This document shows, in pieces, positions 9,401 to 18,674 of a stretch of DNA of 58,591 nucleotides. Source of the DNA: a virus (lineage: Duplodnaviria; Caudoviricetes); IMG/VR virus record IMGVR_UViG_3300029624_000135, positions 1-58,591 of that record, one strand, 5' to 3'. Positions within the stretch are counted from its first letter, which is position 1, and the number at the start of each line of letters is the position of its first letter. Made by a program: the position numbers and the translations under genes. The notes under the pieces are model-generated. The model searched no databases, was not told the origin of the DNA, and saw only the letters and a program-made list of their open reading frames with translations.

Positions 9401-10232
9401 ACTGATCATTGATGTTGAAATCCATGGCACTGTCAATAAAAGTAAACTCATCTCCTCCTAGTGCCGTGACAGTACCCAAACGTTTTGGATACACTTCATC
9501 AAAATTCACAACCCCCTCAATCACTCCGAACAAGTTGGTATTGTTCTCCAAAGGTGATATCCTGAGTTTTTTGGAACCATAAGCGTTGGTAATGTTCTTT
9601 TCGCCACCATAGGCATACAATCTTGTCACCAGGTCCCTGTCAGCAAATCGTTGTCTCTTGATATTCCTCAAACCTTGTTTGAACTGGAAGGTAAGTTCCG
9701 TGTCCACACCCACTTTGTCCACAAAATCAATTGTGGCACCATCTGAAGAAATCTCGAACTCAACATTGAATTCATTGACCATAGTTTGAAGTGCCAACAA
9801 GCAGTTAGAATTGGAAAAGGTCAAATCCAATGTTTCCGTATCCGGCAAGGTGCCGATTTGATAGAACTCGGATCCTGCCAATCGGTTCAGGTTGTTTATC
9901 AATAAGCTTGCAAAGGTTTGAAGGTCACCTCTTAAATTGAACTCAACATTCTCATCCAGAAGGTATAGCGCATTGATAAAACGATATTGTTCACTCTTGA
10001 AGGTGATATCGTATTGGATTTGGTTTGTTTGAGACTTATCAACGGAAGGCTCATCATAAATCGTGTATTTTTTGCCTTTCCAATTGATATAGTCTCCAAT
10101 CTGGAATTTATAATAGAACTCTAAAGTAAAGGTCGACTTAATGGTATCCTCGGCCATCAGCTCCTGTTGTAGGTAAGTTCCATTGTCCACCTCGATATCA
10201 ATAAATTCGCTATTTCCCCTGTATATTATCAT
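6489..10232 (-). CDS. Tail tip / hub-spike protein
   Basis: VTRLYAYGGEKN prophage tail motif, carbohydrate-binding-like YYVGDVVFYN segment, collagen-like GPQG repeats. Confidence 0.85.
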   Translation of the reverse strand: MIIYRGNSEFIDIEVDNGTYLQQELMAEDTIKSTFTLEFYYKFQIGDYINWKGKKYTIYDEPSVDKSQTNQIQYDITFKSEQYRFINALYLLDENVEFNLRGDLQTFASLLINNLNRLAGSEFYQIGTLPDTETLDLTFSNSNCLLALQTMVNEFNVEFEISSDGATIDFVDKVGVDTELTFQFKQGLRNIKRQRFADRDLVTRLYAYGGEKNITNAYGSKKLRISPLENNTNLFGVIEGVVNFDEVYPKRLGTVTALGGDEFTFIDSAMDFNINDQLLPGVTAKVTFNSGQLAGYEFEIAGYNDSTKQYVIIQYDDGNGGLFPNATQQIQVGDEYVVHDIEMPQSYIDDAESELTQKANEYLENNSSPNAIYSIVPHYPYLREQLIQLNVGDLVTITDDDFGLTFQTRILKLTQSLANPYQYSITVGDKVVVSYITRVLSNQKQLNNNFIIERRDRTLQYNQIRRNLKDIDELRESIFDPDGYFEADKIKPLSIETTMLSVGGKSRQFIIRELLIEANYQGDPSKTNFGNGVLVHFLIEDTIKEWNLSGSTKTHSDNAQFYYIYARCSRTGTTGDFVTTSNRFQVDSGSTYYYFLIGIIHSVQDGVRGISLTYGQTTINGKFITTGRIQSIDGVNFFDLDNGKFFIGDDDSSLDWNVTNPNRLTIKGSILQTAQGDDIVIPNYKSNYNNGTSYYVGDVVFYNDTLYINITEQATTGVVPTNATHWEVYTPAGSQGPSGTDGADGIDGLGAIPLDIAPAKIGGKGDFIFTLDSDFNGNANLGEVRIQATRFTHPNGNDINFNLSNGTQVLTPYGEGESGRFYIMYSATTAGTRFPSSPYMNDNNFICVRIVNGEWKAFDNQNNDYNISFVGTDCFLCVIEAQNTSGGLTGFVALVSGATGLDGDTGPQGPKGDDGATGPQGDSGPAIVFRGDYTSWQTDVFYNNSNRRDVIKRGSSHLIYNGTNGATQSSYISGNWENFGAQFDSVATDLLLAESANIADFIINNGQIVSQNQYGGSPRTRLDGENGIMTFVSPRTIYTASGSNLTVEQTIKIDSTTGEIIATHDGGASQSDGRTVVSSDGVEVEFAGKQRSDGFNTVKAGVLSDVTGNLADYAYADIAALAAVFGRANNTNGSPAPAYGGYFHGLWANRMVLQTFRLNGSFTITTHVFIVCTATGGSVNIYLPSDPITGRLCYVWRSEGGGVIVYGNGKNINWKGSKSSTRGIGSVGEVMMFLYDGSYWQSMSMYK

Positions 10233-11107
10233 CGTTGAAAAATTCCGGTTCCAAAAAGATTGTACTCAAAAAGCGATTCCAGATATTTTCTGGTGTTACC
10301 TTCATAGAAAAGTCCTTTGGCAAAAAGAGTGTCGTCGAACAGCCCCAGTTGGCTCATGACGTTTAGTTTGATGCTGAAAGTGACCAATCCTCTTTTTACC
10401 GTTACCTTGAACCCGTCAGTAAAAAAGCAGGTGTACTCCACACCATTGTAAACCACCTTTCTCATATCCGGTGCTCCTAAAATGGACTTAAGGTCTTTTA
10501 ACCTATCGATATATCCATCAGTTTTGAGAACTGTGCATCGTATCTGCAGATATTTAAACGTTCTGAAATCAGTAAGCTCCTTTTTGGGATTGTAAGAAGT
10601 TTTCTTCGAGGTCTTCAAACTTGCCACATCGTCATAGAATTCCACTTTTTGAACCAAAACCCCAAAATCCCTAGCCAATGAATAACCATCAATCAATATG
10701 CCTGATCCGCCAATTGCGGCATTTACCGTTCTATCGACGTTTGTCTCAAATTCATCGAACACTAATCGATAGGTAACTATATTGTCATTTGGATGAAGTT
10801 TTTTATGGGCATCCTTGAACTTCACCTCTTGAGAGCCATAGATGTTTTGCAGAAACATGTATCCTTTATGTGATGTCAGTTCTGATATTGACTGCCTAAA
10901 AGATAAGCTTGTCAATCTTTGGTCGAACAATACCTCAATCACCAATTGCTTTGATTGCCAAAAAATATCATCCTCATGGACCAATGGTTCAATATGGTCG
11001 CCCCAATCATAATAGGTCTCTCCCAATCTTGCGGGCATATCCAAAAACCCAGTATGGATTATCGGGACAAACCCATAGTAGGAATATGGTTTTCCGTTTA
11101 TCATCAT
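10229..11107 (-). CDS. Distal tail protein (probable)
   Basis: Lies between tape measure and tail tip; internal two-domain duplication. Confidence 0.6.
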   Translation of the reverse strand: MMINGKPYSYYGFVPIIHTGFLDMPARLGETYYDWGDHIEPLVHEDDIFWQSKQLVIEVLFDQRLTSLSFRQSISELTSHKGYMFLQNIYGSQEVKFKDAHKKLHPNDNIVTYRLVFDEFETNVDRTVNAAIGGSGILIDGYSLARDFGVLVQKVEFYDDVASLKTSKKTSYNPKKELTDFRTFKYLQIRCTVLKTDGYIDRLKDLKSILGAPDMRKVVYNGVEYTCFFTDGFKVTVKRGLVTFSIKLNVMSQLGLFDDTLFAKGLFYEGNTRKYLESLFEYNLFGTGIFQR

Positions 11108-14100
11108 AGCCCTTGGGATTCGGATTGATTAACTACGGACTGAATATCGGCCAGTATTCTCCTGATTGGCCCCAGTTCTTCCAAGAATGTATTGAAAGCT
11201 GTATTTGATGCAATTTGAGATAGGTATTCTGAACTTTGCTGAGCAATCTCTACGCCCTCCCTAACGTCCAGTCGGATACTGTTCAGTGTACCTGCTAAAA
11301 TATTTGCAGTCTCCTCGGTTATAGTGGATATGCTTCCAGCCAATCCTCTTTGCTGTCCACCTCCAACGGTACCACCTGCAATACCTGCTTCTTCCAAAAT
11401 ATTGTCAAGTGCTTCCAATTCCTCAACAGAATTTGAGAATATTGTTTCGGCCAAGTTTCTCAAAGTATTGATATCTCCTGCCGTCAAACCGTTGTCATCA
11501 CCTGCCAGTGCCCCGAACTGCTGAAAGAAATCATTTGATGCCTGTTCCAGGTATTTCAGTTTTAAGGCTTCAAACATTGCGTTTCGCATCATTTCCTCAA
11601 AGTCATTGGCGAAATCGGCAGCTGAACGCCGACCCTCTTTAAAACCATCAATGATACTATCGGCCAATGTTGTAGAAGTGGCCCCGGTATAGAGTTCATT
11701 GATTTCATTCTTAAGTTCTTCTACCCTGCGCCTAGCATCTTCGGCCTGTTGTTCCAGTTCTTCAAGTTTGGCAGGGTCGGTACCGGAGCCTGACCCTTTC
11801 TTACCAATAGTTATACCTAGTAGTTTTACCTGTTTTCTTGCTTCCAGTTCAGCCTCATATGCCAAATCTGCCTGACGTTCCAAATCTTCCAAATCCTTTA
11901 TGGCCTGCCTTCTACTGGTAACTTTGTCCTGACCTAGGCTTTTGGAGATTACATAGTCCAATTGATCTATTGCTTTTTCAAGGTCTTCGATTGCTGCCTC
12001 AAACTTTGCTGTATCAGAAACTACCTCGACGGTAATGGCGCTGTTCAAAATTTTAAGCGAGCCCTGTATAACATCCAATGGATTACCGGATGCTACCTGT
12101 GCCACACCTTCCGCCACTCCGGCCAACTGGTCAAGTAGTTGTGCAACATCGTCTTCACCGAATTTTCTGAACAATGATGAAGCTTCACCGAGTATGCTTG
12201 ATATTTGATTGATAGAATCTGCTGTGTTCTGTCCAATGGCTTCCTCGGCCTGTTGAATTTCACCTTTAAGTTCTATTATTTCTTCTGTTGTCGCTTTTTC
12301 ATATTTAAGCTTTTCCTTGAGTTTTGCAATGTGCTGACGAAGCTCCCTATTGTTCAAATCTGAGATTGTCCGAGTTAGGTCATCGTAAAGTCCTTTCTCC
12401 TCGTTCCTGTACTTTTCGGCAGCTCTTAGCTTTTCCTCTTCGGTTTTTATTTTTTGGGACAAAACCATACGTTCAGCATCGAATTGCGATTTTTCGTATG
12501 CCTCGTTCAGTTTTTGCAAACGTCTTTCAATCGCATTGATGGATTCGGTATCCACCTCAATATCCGTGACAATAGGCTTTATTTTTATTTCCAATGCCTC
12601 TACTGGTTCATTATCTCGTTGCAAAGGAATATTGGCATCAGCAGCTGCATTTATGATAGCGCGCTCCTGTTCAAAGTTTTTGGCATTTGCCAATTGGTCC
12701 ATTAAGAACTCACGGTAATTATCCCCCTCCTTTAGCAGGTTCTTGAAACGCTCATCCGCTTTGTCCTTGCCAATCTGGTTGATGTAGTTTTGGTATTCTT
12801 CGTACAGGTCTCGTCTTTTTTGGAGAAACTCCTGATAAGTCAATAAATCTGGATCATCATCCCCGTTCCCACCTGATCCGCCATCATCGCTGCCATCATC
12901 CCCGTTCCCAACTGTTTTTTTAAGGGTAATCCCCAAACGCTTGGCAAGTTCTTCTCGCTCACGCAAGAGGTCAGCACCTTTCTCTTCCTCAAAATTCAAT
13001 GATTTCTGAAGGGTAACAAGTTCGCTCAATTGAAAACCGAACTCAACCAAAGGATTGACCAACCTACCACCTCGAAGCTGATCATCGGTAAATTGTGAAA
13101 GTAAATCCCTTCCTTGTTCGGTCAAATCAGCATTGTCTTTAATGGTCTTACCTTCTCGTTCCGCAATTTTAACCAGTTGTTCTCGGACTTTGTCCTCTTG
13201 CTGCAACAATTGCAAACGCTTCTCTGCCGTATCCTCGTTTTGATCGGCTATTTTATTGTCTTGTCTTTGAAGGATTATCTTATTGATGAGCTGTTCATTT
13301 ATCTCACGAATGGAAGTGGTAAGGTTTTCATTACTCACTTTTTCGGCATCTATGTTGCTCAATAGATCCGGGTATTGCTGTTTCAATTCTTTTATCAAAG
13401 CAATCCTATCCTCATTGGAAGTATTTGAATCCTTGATTCGTGATTCCAGTTCCAACAATTTCAATCGCTCCTTCTCGAGGCTTTCTATTACCCTGTCCGC
13501 TGGTTCGAGTGCATCGTTAAAGAATTTAGCAATTCCAGAACTCAATTCCAGAACAGTGTCCCCAATACCTTTAGTGGTCGCTTTGATACGGTTTCTTAGA
13601 ATGGCCCATTGGTCAACATTCGATGAAGCCATTTCTTTGAAAGCCCTTTCCGTTGCTCCAATGGTCTCCTGATATGTTTCCAAGTCTTTATTGGCAGCTT
13701 GGGCATTTTTGCCCGCTACAGCTAGAATGGCCTGTACCCCTTCAATTCTTCCTATCTCACCTTGAATCAATGACTGGTTTCCTTCGAAGGTATCATAAAG
13801 AGCCTGCATATTCTCTTGCAAGGTTTTGGTACCGTCCAATCTTCCCGATTCGTTCAAACCAACAATGGCAGCCCTTATTTGGGTCATTGCCTGTGCCGTG
13901 GGCACACCTTGTTTTGTCAAAGAAGCGACCGTGGCCAATACCTCATTGAGTGGTATATTGGATGATGCAGCAATGGGACCAACCTGTGATATATTGGAAG
14001 AAAGTTCCCCGAAGGTCGTTTTACCTAGCCTTACGGTATTGAACAATGCATCGGCAACCTCTTCAGAATCCTCAACAGCAATATTAAAAGCATTGAGTAT

Positions 14101-14553
14101 GGTAGTGATACCATCAGCTGCAGTAATCGTATCAGTAACACCTGCGACCGCTGATTTAGCCGAAACCTCAAGAAGTTTGATTCCCTTTTCGCCATCATAT
14201 CCAGCAGATACGATTTGATAGTATGCCTTGGCCAAACGCTCTGGGCCATCGGGCGTGATTTTTGAAAGGTCGAATACAGATTTGGAAATACCGTCAAAGT
14301 CATCCTGAACGGCATCTGATATAGTGGCCACTTCCTTCATGGCCTTTTCAAAGTCCTTTGCCATATCATATGCGCCATTGGCAATAGTGGCAAATGCGGC
14401 TGTAGCGCCCAAGGCCAAAGCAGCAAAAGGATTTATTTTGGATACCTTTCCTGCCAATCCCTGTATAATCGAAACCGCATCCAATGCACCTGAGCGAAGT
14501 CCTGAATTATCCAGACCAGTTGCAAAGTACAGACTGTTATCTCCCTTGACCAT
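11104..14553 (-). CDS. Tape measure protein
   Basis: TP901-type core (FEKAMKEVATI...GKTTFGEL), long helical repeats. Confidence 0.92.
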   Translation of the reverse strand: MVKGDNSLYFATGLDNSGLRSGALDAVSIIQGLAGKVSKINPFAALALGATAAFATIANGAYDMAKDFEKAMKEVATISDAVQDDFDGISKSVFDLSKITPDGPERLAKAYYQIVSAGYDGEKGIKLLEVSAKSAVAGVTDTITAADGITTILNAFNIAVEDSEEVADALFNTVRLGKTTFGELSSNISQVGPIAASSNIPLNEVLATVASLTKQGVPTAQAMTQIRAAIVGLNESGRLDGTKTLQENMQALYDTFEGNQSLIQGEIGRIEGVQAILAVAGKNAQAANKDLETYQETIGATERAFKEMASSNVDQWAILRNRIKATTKGIGDTVLELSSGIAKFFNDALEPADRVIESLEKERLKLLELESRIKDSNTSNEDRIALIKELKQQYPDLLSNIDAEKVSNENLTTSIREINEQLINKIILQRQDNKIADQNEDTAEKRLQLLQQEDKVREQLVKIAEREGKTIKDNADLTEQGRDLLSQFTDDQLRGGRLVNPLVEFGFQLSELVTLQKSLNFEEEKGADLLREREELAKRLGITLKKTVGNGDDGSDDGGSGGNGDDDPDLLTYQEFLQKRRDLYEEYQNYINQIGKDKADERFKNLLKEGDNYREFLMDQLANAKNFEQERAIINAAADANIPLQRDNEPVEALEIKIKPIVTDIEVDTESINAIERRLQKLNEAYEKSQFDAERMVLSQKIKTEEEKLRAAEKYRNEEKGLYDDLTRTISDLNNRELRQHIAKLKEKLKYEKATTEEIIELKGEIQQAEEAIGQNTADSINQISSILGEASSLFRKFGEDDVAQLLDQLAGVAEGVAQVASGNPLDVIQGSLKILNSAITVEVVSDTAKFEAAIEDLEKAIDQLDYVISKSLGQDKVTSRRQAIKDLEDLERQADLAYEAELEARKQVKLLGITIGKKGSGSGTDPAKLEELEQQAEDARRRVEELKNEINELYTGATSTTLADSIIDGFKEGRRSAADFANDFEEMMRNAMFEALKLKYLEQASNDFFQQFGALAGDDNGLTAGDINTLRNLAETIFSNSVEELEALDNILEEAGIAGGTVGGGQQRGLAGSISTITEETANILAGTLNSIRLDVREGVEIAQQSSEYLSQIASNTAFNTFLEELGPIRRILADIQSVVNQSESQGL

Positions 14554-14618
14554 TAAAACTTTGATTTTGACTAAAATTAGGTTTTGGTGTATCCGATTTC
14601 CTGTATCTTTAAAGCCAC

Positions 14619-14633
14619 TTTCAATAGTTTCAA
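14619..14633 (-). promoter_or_regulatory. Late-promoter motif copy 2 (TTGAAACTATTGAAA)
   Basis: 39 nt upstream of TAATTTTA (-7-like) ahead of the tape measure gene. Confidence 0.65.
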
Positions 14634-14639
14634 CAGTTT

Positions 14640-15335
14640 ATGTACCGATTGGAGTTCAAGGAAAATCGTTCAAAATACTTCAAGGATGCGCTTGCATTTG
14701 CCTTGGAATTGGGTGGTTCTTTCTCGAATGGGATTGTAGTTCTCGAGATTCCTGAAGAAAGGCTGTTGGATGCCTATAGAATGATGCGTACATTGTTCGG
14801 TTTTATCCAAAATTGGAAGGGTACAACGGCATATTGGAACAATACTGAGGTACACCCCTATCAATTCATACTTCATGCCCACAGAATCAGCGAATGTGCC
14901 GATTTAAGGAATGATGACCTTAAGCATTGCCATATCAATGCCGATACCTTTGGGTGGGGATGCAAAAAAATAGATTTCATTTCCTACAACCTTACCGGTA
15001 GTGGAAACTATAAGGACAATCGTAGGTACTGGTACAACTATGGCCGATTTGACAACAATACCAGGTGGATAATCGATAAAGAGCTCATCAAGAAGAAACT
15101 CATTGAGTATGGCAGGAATAAAGCATTGTACCTATGCCCGTTCTATGATGAAATAAACATCAATATTGCCGTGGAGCAATTGCCTGATTTCATAGTGCCC
15201 GACAATATTACTTTCAAGATACACTTTGCCGAGACCTATTCCAATGGCCAGAAGGTAGAAATACCATCGAATATTAGGCACGTAACGGACAGGAACTATA
15301 CCAATGCAAGGGTATTGGGTGGAGTGAATATATAA
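14640..15335 (+). CDS. Moron, hypothetical cytoplasmic protein
   Basis: 231-aa ORF opposite to the tail operon; Cys/His/aromatic-rich. Confidence 0.75.
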   Translation: MYRLEFKENRSKYFKDALAFALELGGSFSNGIVVLEIPEERLLDAYRMMRTLFGFIQNWKGTTAYWNNTEVHPYQFILHAHRISECADLRNDDLKHCHINADTFGWGCKKIDFISYNLTGSGNYKDNRRYWYNYGRFDNNTRWIIDKELIKKKLIEYGRNKALYLCPFYDEININIAVEQLPDFIVPDNITFKIHFAETYSNGQKVEIPSNIRHVTDRNYTNARVLGGVNI

Positions 15336-15406
15336 TCCAAGAGATTTATTGTATATAATTTACCTGCAAAATTGGAAAAAACATTTTGCATTTTAACACT
15401 TGAAAT

Positions 15407-15976
15407 TTATTGCTTCAATACATGCACATGACTGGTACCATTACACTCGGCTCCATCATGCAGTATCACATAGCTGAAGTTCTTCGCCAATGCAGCATAT
15501 TTCGACCAAGATTCTAGTTTACCATAACCCCTGACCTGTGATTTACAGTTATGGAAGGCATTTCCAACACAATCATTTATTTTCATATAACTGTTATGGT
15601 ACCCGGATACGAATGTGGAATCGTAGGCATCACATGAAGCCTTATCGAAAAGAACAACCCTTGAGTGACCCGTTGCCTTGATGTGGGCACTTCCAATGCC
15701 AATACACCTATCATTGTTACAAAGTACGTCCCCACTTGAATAAATCCTATGTGTGACCAGTTCCTCATAAGAGAACCATTCAAGAAGCTCTGCGGTTGAA
15801 ATCACTTCCATGTTGATCATCCATTCGATATTGTCCAAAAGAAGTTCCCATGCATCTTCTTCCTTGAAGTCATCCTTCAATTTCATTACCTTCCTCCAAA
15901 ATGGAGCGCAAAGGACGTTCTGGTCCACTGATTTTTCCTTTAATCTGTCAAATACGATGTTGAATGCTTTTTTCAT
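15407..15976 (-). CDS. Hypothetical protein with C-terminal beta-solenoid-like repeats
   Basis: Short periodic repeats (HSRVVLFD, STFVSGYH, NSYMKIND) in the C-terminal half. Confidence 0.65.
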   Translation of the reverse strand: MKKAFNIVFDRLKEKSVDQNVLCAPFWRKVMKLKDDFKEEDAWELLLDNIEWMINMEVISTAELLEWFSYEELVTHRIYSSGDVLCNNDRCIGIGSAHIKATGHSRVVLFDKASCDAYDSTFVSGYHNSYMKINDCVGNAFHNCKSQVRGYGKLESWSKYAALAKNFSYVILHDGAECNGTSHVHVLKQ

Positions 15977-15980
15977 TTTT

Positions 15981-16612
15981 TCATTTTTTCATTTTTCCCA
16001 TTATGAATGATGTGAAGTCTTTTGGTTCTTCTTTATTCTTGTCCTTTTCGGACTTATAACTCGGTGCACTGGATGCCAACAGCAATAGGTTCTGGAAAGA
16101 CATTTGTTTTGTTGCATATTCCCAATCAAGATGATAATGGTTACAAATGGAACCTACTAGCTGGTAGGGGTTGAATCGCTTAGCATCATCGGATTGCTCG
16201 CTTCGGCAATCTGGAAACAGCTCAAAAAAAAACTTGGGTTACACTTTAAGGCCGTTTCGTTCATTATTTTCAATAGGTCCACAATGGCCACGTTCTTCAA
16301 AATGAAATCGACCCACCATTTTGGATAGTTTGGTTTTTCATGGGAAAGCACACATATGATTTTGGCAATGGTCTCCTGGTACTCCATAGCTTCCTTCAAA
16401 TCGATGTTATCCATTTTTAGGATTTTCTCTGGGACATCAAACATCATGGAAGCACAAAGCCCAAGCACATAAGTGGATGGAGGTTTGATCGTAATGTTCA
16501 ATTCCTCATTTTCCTTCATGTCTTCGGGCAACATTTCATTGTTACGGACTTCAATTGTATAGGTGGTTGGATTCTGTACAAATGCGTTTATCAGTTTTTC
16601 TTTATTGTCCAT
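15981..16612 (-). CDS. Tail assembly chaperone G-T fusion via -1 frameshift
   Basis: T9 slippery run at 16224-16232; the -1 frame has no ATG near its start and stays open to TGA at 15981. Confidence 0.75.
16157..16612 (-). CDS. Tail assembly chaperone (gpG-like)
   Basis: Follows the major tail gene and contains the slippery site. Confidence 0.75.
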   Translation of the reverse strand: MDNKEKLINAFVQNPTTYTIEVRNNEMLPEDMKENEELNITIKPPSTYVLGLCASMMFDVPEKILKMDNIDLKEAMEYQETIAKIICVLSHEKPNYPKWWVDFILKNVAIVDLLKIMNETALKCNPSFFLSCFQIAEASNPMMLSDSTPTS

Positions 16613-16616
16613 AGGC

Positions 16617-16642
16617 AAAAAAAGCCCACGTGAATGGGCTTT
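16617..16642 (-). terminator. Intrinsic terminator after the major tail gene
   Basis: AAAGCCCA..TGGGCTTTTTTT on the minus strand. Confidence 0.7.
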
Positions 16643-16664
16643 GATTTTATTTGAAGTTCTATTT

Positions 16665-17192
16665 TTAGATTACGTCCTCTACACCCAATCTGTAAGGTGG
16701 GCCTACTTCTTCGGCTGCTGAAATTGGGTCGTTGGCCGTAATGGTCAAATCAACTGCAGGAAGTCCGTTTTTTGTGATAGTACCTTGGTGCCTTGCGGTC
16801 ACTTTAGCATATGCCATTTCCAAAACACCTCTTTTATCCTTCAAAGCGTTACCCTTCATTCTAAATGATAGATAGATGTCAGGAATAGTATTCGGTGCTT
16901 CCCATAGCCCATCGGTGCCATTTACTTCCCCTCCTGCCAACATGACCATTTGTGAAGGTGTTACCCCATACAATCTGGCAGTGACTTGGTTTGGTGAAGC
17001 TTCTCCGTTTACGGAAATATAGGCGTTACTTCCCTCTGTTGGGATGGTCTCTTCCGTAGGCTGTGAACCCTCAAGGTTCACGGAACCTACCTCTACATCT
17101 GGAAAGTTGGTAAGAACCGCTCCCATGATACCATCACCGGGTGCGCCCAACTCAAAAGATGAAATTCCTAAAAAATTATTTTCTTGTGACAT
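16665..17192 (-). CDS. Major tail protein
   Basis: Synteny, size, beta-rich acidic sequence. Confidence 0.75.
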   Translation of the reverse strand: MSQENNFLGISSFELGAPGDGIMGAVLTNFPDVEVGSVNLEGSQPTEETIPTEGSNAYISVNGEASPNQVTARLYGVTPSQMVMLAGGEVNGTDGLWEAPNTIPDIYLSFRMKGNALKDKRGVLEMAYAKVTARHQGTITKNGLPAVDLTITANDPISAAEEVGPPYRLGVEDVI

Positions 17193-17194
17193 TG

Positions 17195-17593
17195 TCAGCT
17201 GTTTTTAAATGTTTTAAACTCAATGCGTATGTTGTTGAAATACATCAAATCCCTATCTTGATCTTTGAATACCCCTTTGTCATCGACTATATCGAACCTC
17301 ACACCATTCCCTTCCACATCATCAACCAAAGGTTCAACCAAATCGAATATCTCTTTAAACCTTAAAGCATTGGCCCTTCCAGATTTTAATCTGGGAACAT
17401 AAATGTTCAGGTTTATCAATCCGACCTGTAGGTACTGGTTTGGATTTGTCAGGCAGTTCAATGTGATATGCTCCATGTCATCATTGCCTCCACCGACCTC
17501 CCCTATCAGGATGTCTCCGGATATGTTGCTTTTCAATGGTTCCACATCAATCAACTTGTAGAGCTCAGATACTATTTTAATTCCCGATTTCAC
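17195..17593 (-). CDS. Tail terminator protein (probable)
   Basis: Synteny; INLNIYVP motif. Confidence 0.6.
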   Translation of the reverse strand: MKSGIKIVSELYKLIDVEPLKSNISGDILIGEVGGGNDDMEHITLNCLTNPNQYLQVGLINLNIYVPRLKSGRANALRFKEIFDLVEPLVDDVEGNGVRFDIVDDKGVFKDQDRDLMYFNNIRIEFKTFKNS

Positions 17594-18011
17594 TTAAGAT
17601 TGATTTTATGTACTGTGCACCAGGTGCAGAGCCAGAGATTACATCATAGTTTTTAGCTTCGACATAAGCGGCATATTCCATTCCTGCCACTCCTATCAAT
17701 ACCCATCCTCTTGGATACTGGGTTGCTACCTCGTTCGCTACCTTCTGTCCTTGGTCCTTTCCTATTTGCCGACCTTCAAAATTCCTGTCAACTGCTTTTC
17801 CATCATGTAATATGATGTAGCCCACGGAACTTCTAAGGTTACCAGTCCTATCGGTGTAGTTTCCTGTAAGTCTGGCCTTATTGACAAACTCTTCGCCCAA
17901 GTACTGCAATGAGAGCAAAGATTTTTTCTCCTGCTCTTCCATAACACCATCCAGATAGTTCTGGACCTGTCTTCCAGTGAACAAAGCCCTGATTCCTTTT
18001 ATTCCAGCCAT
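17577..18011 (-). CDS. HK97 gp10-like neck / tail-completion protein
   Basis: DRTGNLRSS and YAAYVE motifs. Confidence 0.8.
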   Translation of the reverse strand: MAGIKGIRALFTGRQVQNYLDGVMEEQEKKSLLSLQYLGEEFVNKARLTGNYTDRTGNLRSSVGYIILHDGKAVDRNFEGRQIGKDQGQKVANEVATQYPRGWVLIGVAGMEYAAYVEAKNYDVISGSAPGAQYIKSILSEIGN

Positions 18012-18355
18012 ATCTCACAATGTGTTTGATAATTGTGGAGCATGACAATCTCGAATATCTTTCCGTTGTACTTGAATGTTTGACCATCCACACTGAACGG
18101 TTTTAGTTCGCGGTTGTCTTCTTGGGAAATCAAATCCTCGGGAAACAATCCCTCTTCAATGAATTTCCTCAGCAGGTAATCAATGTTCTTGCAATAGAAC
18201 TTGGCCTTGTAGTCAATACCAGCACTTTTTCTTGCTGCAGGTTCGAACCTACCTTCAATGTCAAATTCTGCAGTTTCCTCGGTATTCAGTCCATCAGGTG
18301 CACTGACCTCGGTCACTATCATTATTTTGCCAGTATGTGGATATCTCTTAAGCAT
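17999..18355 (-). CDS. Head closure protein (probable)
   Basis: Synteny in the neck module. Confidence 0.55.
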   Translation of the reverse strand: MLKRYPHTGKIMIVTEVSAPDGLNTEETAEFDIEGRFEPAARKSAGIDYKAKFYCKNIDYLLRKFIEEGLFPEDLISQEDNRELKPFSVDGQTFKYNGKIFEIVMLHNYQTHCEIWLE

Positions 18356-18674
18356 CTACGGAACTGATTCCAACATTAATGGGCGTTGGTCCAATTTCGT
18401 CAGCTTTAGGATCCTCATACTTGTTGTAAATGGCAAGAGCCCTATCCTTCAAGGTCTTTGTGTCGTACTTAACCGACAATTGTCCCTCCTTGAATTCAGG
18501 CAACATCGAAATGGTTACATAAAGGTCTGCCGAAACGAGTTCAACATCTTTCAAAGAACTTTCATCATATACAGCCGTCCCATCAACGGAACGGCCGATC
18601 AATGATGATTCAATATGATTTATCGGCACATTGGCCAATATTGGATTTGCTTGTATGGCTTCAAGGATGGTCAT
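18348..18674 (-). CDS. Head-tail connector
   Basis: Directly after the capsid gene; EFKEGQLSV motif. Confidence 0.65.
   Translation of the reverse strand: MTILEAIQANPILANVPINHIESSLIGRSVDGTAVYDESSLKDVELVSADLYVTISMLPEFKEGQLSVKYDTKTLKDRALAIYNKYEDPKADEIGPTPINVGISSVDA

Noticed and set aside
1697-10232. Diversity-generating retroelement or invertible tail-fibre cassette
   Set aside because: No reverse transcriptase or invertase, and I saw no TR/VR pair or flanking inverted repeats.
7041-14315. Numerous short ORFs overlapping tail genes
   Set aside because: Shadow frames of long coding genes with no motifs or initiation signals.
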